Source of the DNA: Eledone cirrhosa
Lineage: Eukaryota
DNA: 64,000 nt
Assembly: GCA_964016885.1 (NCBI GenBank)
Contig: OZ024742.1
Coordinates: 378,262,001-378,326,000 of the forward strand
Direction: 5' to 3'
This document shows positions 1 through 9,457 of this stretch, piece by piece; positions within the stretch are counted from its first letter, which is position 1, and every line of letters starts with the position of its first letter. Below the pieces are notes generated by a model. That model was not told the DNA's origin. It ran no database searches and saw nothing but the letters and a program-made list of their open reading frames with translations. The translations under genes and the position numbers were made by a program.

Positions 1-3000
1 CAATCCACCACCCTAACATGGTGTCCAACCCTCAACCAATACTGCCAAAGCACCACCCTAGCATGGTGTCCAACCCTCTAACAATACTGCCAATCCACCA
101 CCTTCGCATGGTGATCTACCCTCTACCAATACTGCCAATCCACCACCCTAGCATGGTGTCAGACCCTCTACCAATACTGCCAATCCACCGCCCTAACATG
201 GTGTCAGACCCTCTATCGATACTGCCAATCCACCACCCTAACATAGTGTCCTATTCTCTACGAATACTGCCAATCTACCACCCTAGCATGGTGTCCAACC
301 CTCTACCAATACTAGCAATCCAGCGCCCTAGCATGGTGTCCGACCCTCTACCGACACTGCCAAACCACCGTCCTGAAATGGTGTCCAACCCTCCTCGAAT
401 ACTGCCAATCCACCACCATTCCATAGTGCCCTACTCTCTACCGATATTAGCAATCCACTACCCTAACATGATGTCAGACCCTCTACCAATACTGCCAATC
501 CACCACCCTAGCATGCTGTCCGACCCTCTACCAATACTGCCAATCCACCACCCTAGCATGGTGTCCAACCCTCTACCAATACTAGCAATCCACCACCCTA
601 AGATGGTGTCCAACCCTCTACCAATACTGCCAATCCACCACCTTAGCATGGTCTCCGACCCTCTACCGACACTGCCAAACCACCGTCCTAAAATAGTGTC
701 CAAACCTCTACGTATACTGCCAATCCACCACCATAGCATGGTGTCCAGTCCTCTACCAATACTGCCAATCTACCACCCTAGCATGGTGTCCTACTCTCTA
801 ACAATACTGCCAATCCTCCACCCTAACATGGTGTCCTACCCTCTACCAATACTGCCAATCCACCGCCCTAACATGGTGTCCAACCCTCTACCAATACTGC
901 CAATCCACCACCCTAGCATGGTGTCCTACCCTCTACCAATACTGCCAATCCACCACACTAGCATGGTGTCCAACCCTCTACCAATACTGCAAATCCACCA
1001 CCCTAGCATGGTGTCCTACCCTCTACCAATACTGCCAATCCACCACCCTACCATAGTGTCCATCCCTCTACCAATACTGCCAATCCACCGCCCTAGCATG
1101 GTGTCAGACCCTCTACCAATACTGCCAATCCACCGCCCTAACATTGTGTCCAACCCTCTACCAATACTGCCAATCCACCACCCTAGCATGGTGTCCTACC
1201 CTCTACCAATACTGCCAATCCACCACCCTAGCATGGTGTCCTACCCTCTACCAATACTGCCAATCCACCACCCTAGCATGGTGTCCTTCCCTCTGCCAAT
1301 ACTGTCAATCCACCACCCTAGCATGGTGTCCGACCTTCTACGAATACTACCAATCCACCACCCTAGCATGGTGTCCTACCCTCTACAAATACTGCCAATC
1401 CACCACTCTAGCATGGTGTCAGACCCTCTACCGATACTAGCAATCCACCACCCTAACATGGGTTTAGACCCTCTACCAATACTGCCAATCCACAACCCTA
1501 GCATGGAGTCCAACCCTCTACCAATACTGCCAATCCACCACCCTATCATGGTGTCCGACCCTCTACCAATACTGCCAATACACCACCCTAGCATAGTGTC
1601 AGACCCTGTACCAATACTCCCAATCCACCACCCTAGCATGGTGTCCGACCCTCTACCAATACTGCCAAGCCACCACCCTAGCATGGTGTCAACCCTCTAC
1701 CAATACTGCCAATCCACCACATAGCATGGTGTCAGACGCTCTACCGATACTATCAATCCACCACCCTAACATGGTGTCCTACCCTCTACCAATACTGCCA
1801 ATCCACCACCCTAGCATGGTGTCCAACCCTCTACAAATACTGCCAATCCACCACCCTAGAATGGTGTCCGACCCTCTACCAATACTGCCAATCCACCACC
1901 CTAGCATGGCGTCCAACCCTCTACCAATACTGCCAATCCACCACCCTAGCATGGTGTCCAACCCTCTACCAATACTGCCAATCGACCACCCTAGCATGGT
2001 GTCCAACTTTCTACCGTTTCTAGCAATCCAGCACCCTAGCTTGGTGTCAGACCCTCTACCAATACTGCCAATCCACCACCCTAGCATGGTGTCCGACCCT
2101 CTACCAATACTGCCAATCCGCCACCCTAGCATGGTGTCCAACCCTCTGCCAATGCTGCCAATCCCCCACCCTATCATGGTGTCAGACCATCTACCAATAC
2201 TGCCAAGCCACCACCCTAGCATGGTGTCCGACCCTCTAACAATACTACCAAACCACTAGCCTAGCATGGTGTCAAATCCTCTACCAATACTGCCAATCCA
2301 CCACCCTAGCATGGTGTCCTACCCTCTACCAATACTGCCAATCCACCACCCTAGCATGGTGTCCGACCCTCTACCGACACTGCCAAACCACCGCCCTAAA
2401 ATGGTGTCCAACCCTCTACCAATACTGCCAATCCACCACCATAGCATGGTGTCCGACCCTCTACGAATACTGACAATTCACCACCCTAGCATGGTTTCCA
2501 ACCCTCTACCAATACTGCCAATCCACAACCCTAGCATGGTGTCCAGTCCTCTACCAATACTGCCAATCTACCACCCTAGCATGGTGTCCTACTCTCTAAC
2601 AATACTGCCAATCCTCCACCCTAACATGGTGTCCTACCCTCTACCAATACTGCCAATCCACCGCCCTAACATGGTGTCCAACCCTCTACCAATACTGCCA
2701 ATCCACCACCCTAGCATGGTGTCCTACCCTCTACCAATACTGCAAATCCACCACCCTAGCATGGTGTCCTACCCTCTACCAATACTGCCAATCCACCACC
2801 CTACCATAGTGTCCATCCCTCTACCAATACTGCCAATCCACCGCCCTAGCATGGTGTCAGACCCTCTACCAATACTGCCAATCCACCGCCCTAACATTGT
2901 GTCCAACCCTCTACCAATACTGCCAATCCACCACCCTAGCATGGTGTCCTACCCTCTACCAATACTGCCAATCCACCACACTAGCATGGTGTCCAACCCT

Positions 3001-3388
3001 CTACCAATACTGCCAATCCACCACCCTAGCATGGTGTCCTACCCTCTACCAATACTGCCAATCCACCACCCTACCATAGTGTCCATCCCTCTACCAATAC
3101 TGCCAATCCACCGCCCTAGCATGGTGTCAGACCCTCTACCAATACTGCCAATCCACAACCCTAGCATGGTGTCAGACTCTCTACCAATACTGCCAATCCA
3201 CAACCCTAGCATGGTGTCAGACCCTCTACCAATACTGCCAATCCACCGCCCTAGCATGGTGTCCTACTCTCTACCGACACTGCCAATCCACCACTCTAGC
3301 ATGGTGTCCTACCTTCTACCAATACTGCCAATCCACCGCACTATCATGGTGTCAGACCCTCTACCGACACTGCCAATCCACCGCCCCT
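1..3388. repeat. 45-bp tandem satellite (~75 monomers, runs off the window start); consensus ATGGTGTCCAACCCTCTACCAATACTGCCAATCCACCACCCTAGC
   Basis: 45-nt periodicity seen directly (15-aa repeat MVSNPLPILPIHHPS in the ORF track); monomer matches the reverse complement of the SINE head at 3555-3600 and 62345-62388. Confidence 0.97.
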
Positions 3389-3410
3389 TTAATAATAACA
3401 ATAATAATAA

Positions 3411-3600
3411 TTGTTTCTACATTTGGCACAAGGCCAGCAGTTATCCGGTGTATTACTGGTACTTTATTTGATCACCCCGTAGGTATTAAAGGCAAAGTTA
3501 ACCTCGGCGGGATTTAAACTCAGAATGGCTATCGCCGTAACTCTTTGCTGCAAAGCATGGCGTCCGACCCTCTACCGATACTGCCAGTCCACCGCCCCTT
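3411..3600 (-). mobile_element. tRNA-derived SINE (family 1), full length, (ATT)n tail
   Basis: Minus strand has A-box-like TGGCAGTATCGG and B-box-like GAGTTTAAATCCC; homologous copies at 54324, 55345, 55844, 56655, 59176, 62345; flanked by similar TTTAATAAT(A/T)ACAATAATAAT tracts. Confidence 0.88.
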
Positions 3601-4312
3601 TAATAATTACAATAATAATAATGCTTTCTTTATTAACCACAAGGGTTTACATAAAGTAGACATTAAGTACAGTGCAGGGCAATACAGGACGGTACAAATG
3701 GGCATTTCTGCGTGTTAAAAAAACAAAAACAGAGGATGTAACAAAAAAATAACAATGAAAAATTCCCCAATAGGGGGAGACTTCCGAGGGACATTTGTGG
3801 AGAAAGCCCATTAAAAGGCCACTGTCACCCTGACCACCAGGGCAAGTGCCCCCTCCCAGTTTTCCACCTTTAATTTACAGACAGATACTCAGAGTAGGCC
3901 CATTCACACTGGCCATACTTGCTTCTTTCACCCATCTTTCAGCAAAATGCTGGGAAGAGAGCACTTCCCTCTCTACCCTGATTTTCCTTTTCAAATGAAA
4001 TTTGAAAAAGTTAATCAGGGCATCACCGAAGAGGTAAGTGCTCGTCTTCAGCCCTTTCAGACGTGTCCACTATACTATCTCTTTCGCCATGGCCACCAGA
4101 CAGATAAAAACTGCCTGCCCTTCCCGGCTAAAGGAAGAGGGTGGGGAAATTGTCCATAGGCCCCGGCCCGAAAGTCATTCCGAAGAGATTAGCTAGTTGA
4201 TTTTCGTCTTTTCGTCGACGCTTAGAATTTCTCCAAGTACGTCGTCGCTCTTCCCATCCACTAATCCTCTATAGAACGCCAAGGTGGATTTTCCACCGAT
4301 CACATTGCTCGA

Positions 4313-6995
4313 TTAGTCGAGGGCAGTTAGCGCCTGAAGACATTCCAGTCTCCAAGCGCTCCCACTCCGTCTTCGCTTGACCCAGGACTGCAGCTCCGTC
4401 AAGGAGACGAGCTGGGGAAAGACGCGTCTAACAAACGGTGACCACACCTGATCACCGTCGAGGAAGAGGTGGAGATGTCGTAGCCTGAGCGCGTGTCTGC
4501 GCATCATCAGCAACGGCATGCCCATCCCTCCACGTAGCGGGTGTTGACAGCAGATGGACCGCCTGACCATCGGAGTGCGTTCCTTCCACAAAAAGCGAAA
4601 GAGCCAACGCTCCAACGCAGTCAGGCGGGGATTAGGACAAGGTACGACGGTCAGGCGGTAGTAGATGACGGACGCGATGTACGCGTTAGCCACCTCCGCT
4701 CGACCTTTCAGGGATAGCTTCCTCTCCGCCCATTTCTGGGTGAGAGAAGTCACCCTGCTCGTCACCTCGTCGCAGTCTTTGTCCGTCTGGAGGTCTGGAC
4801 CGAACCAGACCCCTAGCAATTTAACCGGTCCGTCCGTCTAGCGCCCGACGACGCTGTTGGACGGCATGGACCTGACTTTTCCTGGTTGATCATTGCTCCT
4901 GTCACCGCTTCGTATTCTCTTAGTGTAGTGCCGATCGCCTCGATGTGTTTGGCGTTCGACACCACTACGGTGACATCGTCCGCATATGCTGACACGGATC
5001 TTCCGCATCCTAGTTCGCGCGGGACCCCCTCAACGTCTCCAGTTTGTGCAGTAATGGCTCGAGAGTCAATACGTACAAGAGGGACGAGAGGGGACATCCT
5101 TGGCGTACCGAGCGCATGATGTTGAACGGTTCCGAAAGGGGACCGTTCACTCTCACCACAGAGCAGATATCGCTGTGCATGGCACCGATCCAGCCTCTAA
5201 AGGCGGGCCCAAAGCCAGCCGCCCTCAGGACTGCCTCTAGGTAACGATGGTCGACCCTATCGAAAGCTTTCGACTGATCTAAATTGATCAAGGACCAACC
5301 CGTGCCAGGTTCCCTAGATATCCTCTCTACGATGTATCGCATGAGGTGGAGGTTGTCGTGGATGGATCTGTCGGGAATGGCGCACGTCTGCGCCTCTCCC
5401 TCCAGACAACCAACGACAAGCGCCAACCTCTTTGCTAGCACGTTGGCCAAAATCTTGAACTCTGTGTTTAGCAGGGTTATGGGCCTGAAATTATCTATGT
5501 TATCCCCCTTGTTCGGATCCTTTCTCAGCAGTGCCACAGCTCCTCGGCTCACAGAGCTGGGAATTCTCCCGTTCTGTTGCCAGTTGCAGTAGACGTCCGC
5601 CAAGAGGCCTCCGAACAAGTCTGGCATCTGTGCGTAAAGTTCATAGGGCAGACCATCTAAACCAGGCGATTTACCCCTTGTGCAGCCAGTCATTGCCTCC
5701 CTTACTTCAGCGGCTGTTATCGGCTTTTCGCAACACTCCGCCTCAGTGGCCGAGAGCCGCGGCAGTCCGTCGAGGTAGACACTAAAGTCCATCCCTCGAC
5801 CCGGCCCGCCGCTGCCCCGAACAGCTGTGCGAAGTGTCGCTGAAAAGCTTCACACATTTGCCCGGGATCGAGTAGCATGCGCCCGTCGTGGTCTACCAAA
5901 GGCCGGATCGTGGCTTTGTTGCCACGACGCGCCTCCGCCACTCGGGCCCATTGAACGGCTTTCTTCCCCTCGTGTCTGAGAGCACGCAACCTAGCTCTGA
6001 CAACGCAGCCTTCGTCCTTTGCATTGAAGAATTGGTCAAGGGCCAATTTCGCCGCAAGCACATCGGTCGCGTTGCCTTTGCTAAGCGCCTCGTCTAATTT
6101 TCTAACTAATTCTCCCTCTGCTCTATTTTTCTCTATTGCTAAAGCCTTACCAAACCTAATGGATTCTATTCTAATCGATATTTTCAGAGCAAACCACCAC
6201 TTGTTGTTAACTAGTTCGCTAATCCGGTCTCTGTAGGCCTTGCGCTATGGTAAGGACGCGTTTAGTTTCCAGTAGCAGGGTCCTCGTCTATGAAGCCTAT
6301 CTAAGTCAAGCACACAGATCACGAATTTGTAGTCCGTGTAACTGACTATCTTGAATTGTGGACAGCCTATGCTAGACCTATCTATTTCCCTACAAAATAC
6401 TCTATCTAGATATGATCTGGATGACCTTATGCGATTTGTCCAAGTCCACATTGGCACATTCGGGAAATCCAATCGGTACCTGTCAGACAGTTCAAAACGC
6501 CTGAGCAGGTTGGTGAGACTTTTGCACCCTCCTCCCCTATCCACTAATCCCACACAGTCGCAGCGTGCATCTAAGATCCCGTTCCAGTCGCCCACTAACA
6601 CTAAAGAGCGGGACGTTCCAAGAAAGGTCTCCAGACGCCGGAAGAAATCAGGCCGCCCTGCTCCTGTCGGGGCATAGACGGCCACTAACCTGAAAGCTTG
6701 CCCGTCTCCGCTGGTCACGTCCAGCACCACCAACTTACCTTCTGGGTCCAGGAAGATGGCCCGTATGGCAAGATCCAAACCTCTCCGAAAAAGCACAGCA
6801 ACTCCTCCCCCCGATCCCGGACGGCTGGGAGATGCGTACACATCGTATCCTCCGAAGATCGGTGCGAAAGCCTGTGCTTCGGAGATTCTGGTCTCGCTGA
6901 TGGCCACTACATCTATGTTTAGTGACCTGAGGTCGTTGAGCAGGTGGCCCTGCTTCCATGACGACCCCAAGCCACGCGCATTTATGCTGCCTATT
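4313..6995 (-). pseudogene. T1 ORF2 (APE-RT), broken by TAG at 6245, frameshifts and deletions
   Basis: ORF pieces 6245-6970, 5717-6061, 5010-5792, 4313-4819 colinear with other copies. Confidence 0.9.
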
Positions 6996-7043
6996 CTGAG
7001 TTAGGTCATGTTGAAATGGAGTGGAAAATATGGGAAAGACCAC

Positions 7044-9192
7044 TTACGTTACTTCTCGTAGATGAAGGACGGTTTCTCCATCCTTTTCACTGCTTGTGGC
7101 CTCCTCAGGAAGGATGTCCTTATAAATCCTCCCGGAGAGTGCTTGTCGGAAGTCTCCGATGTCTTTGGGGAATTTTTGTTTTAGTGTCATGTACGTTTTC
7201 TGTGTGATGCGAGTGATTTGCATGTGTGGAGGTGGTGTGAAATTTTGGGTTGTTGTGTAGTCTTTTTCTGTGATGCTGGTGTTGTGTTGGATGTAGTGTA
7301 ATAATTGGTTGATGTTCAAATGTAATGCTGTGTAGTGTGTATCGTTTTGGTTGTTTTGTTTTGTTTGCGTTTGTTGTGGGTTTGTTTCTGTTTCGCATTT
7401 TGGTGACTTTTGTGGTGTAGGTGATGGTGGTGTTGGGGTTAATGATGGTGATGGTGTTGGTGTTTGGGGTGATGGGGTTGGTGTGGATGGTGGAGAGTTA
7501 GGTCATGTTGAAATGGAGTGGAAAATATGGGAAAGACCACTTACCTTACTTCTCATAGATGAAGGACGGTTTCTCCATCCTTTTCACTGCTTGTGGCCTC
7601 CTCAGGAAGGATGTCCTTATAAATCCTCCTGGAGAGTGCTTGTCGGAAGTCTCCGGTGTCTTTGGGGAATTTTTGTTTTAGTGTCATGTACGTTTTCTGT
7701 GTGATGCGAGTGATTTGCATGTGTGGAGGTGGTGTGAAATTTTGTTTGATAGTTTATTTGTTTCCCTCTGTATTTTATTTTTGGAGGGGGAAGGAAGAGA
7801 ATTTTTTCTTTTTTGGTTTCTTTTTTTCTTTTTTCCTGATACCGTTTCCCATTCCTCTTCGTCACAATCTGTCTCCAGTTGTGATAGGCCGGGGAGTGGA
7901 AAATACTCCACAGGCGTTAGTTTTGGTTGTGGCGTGGTGGATGGTGTAGGCGCTGGTGCTAGTTCTGGCGCGTTGGGTGGTGGTGGTGTTGGTTTTGCTA
8001 CTGTTGTTGGGGTTGTTGCTGTTACAGTTGCTTCTGTTGTTGCTGCTACAGTTGTTGCTGCCATCTTTGCTGCTGGTAGTGTTGATGGTTGAGTCACTGG
8101 GGTGGGTAGGAGAGGTGGCCTTAACCTTTTATCCTGAGGGCAGAAAGCCCTTAGGTGGGTTCCTTCACCACAATCGACACACCTAGGCCTTCTGCCCTCG
8201 GCGATTACGGTGAGGTGGCTGCCGTCAGTGAGGTCTATTACCTCTGGGATCTCCTCAATGCTTTTCTGGTCCTGCTTTTCTTTCGCTATTTCTATTATCT
8301 TGGTGTTGGCTTCGATGCCGGCGAGAACGGCAGCTATTAGCCAGGGAATTTCGATGGCCGGTGGAACGTGGGTCACCCTGATCTTTACGAGTCTCTGGTC
8401 ACAATAGCTTGGGACGAGTGTGAAGTTGTCACTTCTTAATGGGGCCATGGAGTGTTCTCTAGCCTCCACTGGTGTTTCAAAGAACACGTCCACGGTTCCA
8501 TGCTTTTGCCCACGGCTGATGTGGGTTTTTCTTGCCCACACACATGTCCCAAAGCTTTTTGGATTTGGGACTCGGATGCCCGTTCCACTCGGCGCGACTT
8601 TACATTAATTGTTCGATAAGACACGGTGCATAGGCGCCGATGCTCCATTTTATTAGGTGTGTGTGGGGGGGGGGGCTGATTCTGTACCCATCTTTCTTTA
8701 CCATTTTTTTGTCTTCTTCTAATTCCTCCTGAGTTACCTGAAATGCTTCGCACTGTTTTGCTACTCTGGCAAAACTCAGGGTGGTTTTCTTAATGTCATT
8801 GTTGCTGTTGTTGTTATCGTTATTTTTGTTATTATTAATTTTAGTTTCAGTTGTGGTGGTGGTGGCGTCAGTGGTGTTGGTGTGGAAGAGTTCATTTTGG
8901 TTGAATTCATTTCGACATGACGAGTTTATTTATTTTTTTCTTTTGTTTCTGTTGTCGCGGTGGTGGTGGGGGTGGTGGTTGTCGCGGTGGTGGTGGTGGT
9001 GGCGGCTTTAACACCTGCAGTCATTGGTAATGGCGGGAAATGACTGTCTGTCTGAGACAAATTTAAAATATTGCTACTGCTTAAATTTTTAGTGTTGGCA
9101 AACGTAGTAATATTTACAATGGTGGTGTCGGTGTGAGGTGTTAGTTTGTGAGGAAGGCTCTCAGTTGCTTGGTGCAGAGGTGAATCAGCCAT
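7044..9192 (-). pseudogene. T1 ORF1 (gag-like, RRM-like region + CCHC knuckle + Pro/Thr-rich tract), frameshifted, with a 250-bp internal insertion
   Basis: Pieces 8926-9192, 8436-8753, 7684-8541, 7044-7319; homologous to 37469-39072. Confidence 0.85.
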
Positions 9193-9402
9193 GATTTCTT
9201 CAAAGAAATTTTTTGATAATCATAAAAGTTTAAATTTTGGGCACAAGGCCCCAATCTTTTTGGGTGTCCTTTTGGGAAAACAATGTATGTGCGCTTATAT
9301 ACAGTTAACAATAAAAATTTTCCATAAATGGCAATTTTTAACAAACGAAAACAACAAACCTTTGCGGAGCTCACGATGATACGATTTACTACGTAGGTCG
9401 CC

Positions 9403-9456
<54 letters not shown>
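9403..9456. repeat. (AAT)n tract at a head-to-head Tx1/R4 junction
   Basis: Pure AAT run seen directly. Confidence 0.98.
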
Positions 9457-9457
9457 T

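Larger units (their letters stand above)
3623..9402 (-). mobile_element. Tx1-clade non-LTR retrotransposon copy T1 (ORF1 type alpha), both ends present, degenerate
   Basis: APE endonuclease 6245-6995 (SET, VYAP, GDWN, TDY for SDH), RT fragments 5010-5792 and 4313-4990 (KSPGLDGLP, FRPITLLN, DQSKAFD, QGCPLS, YADD), ORF1 knuckle CVDCGEGTHLRAFC; bounded by (AAT)n. Confidence 0.92.

Noticed and set aside
1-3388. CRISPR array or telomeric repeat
   Set aside because: Monomers are contiguous with no unique spacers, there are no cas genes, and there is no TTAGGG-type short unit.
18-3471. Long Pro/His-rich ORFs (568, 177, 401 aa)
   Set aside because: By-product of a 45-bp (3n) monomer with a stop-free frame; broken by an indel near 1691 and by stops; monomer is SINE-derived.
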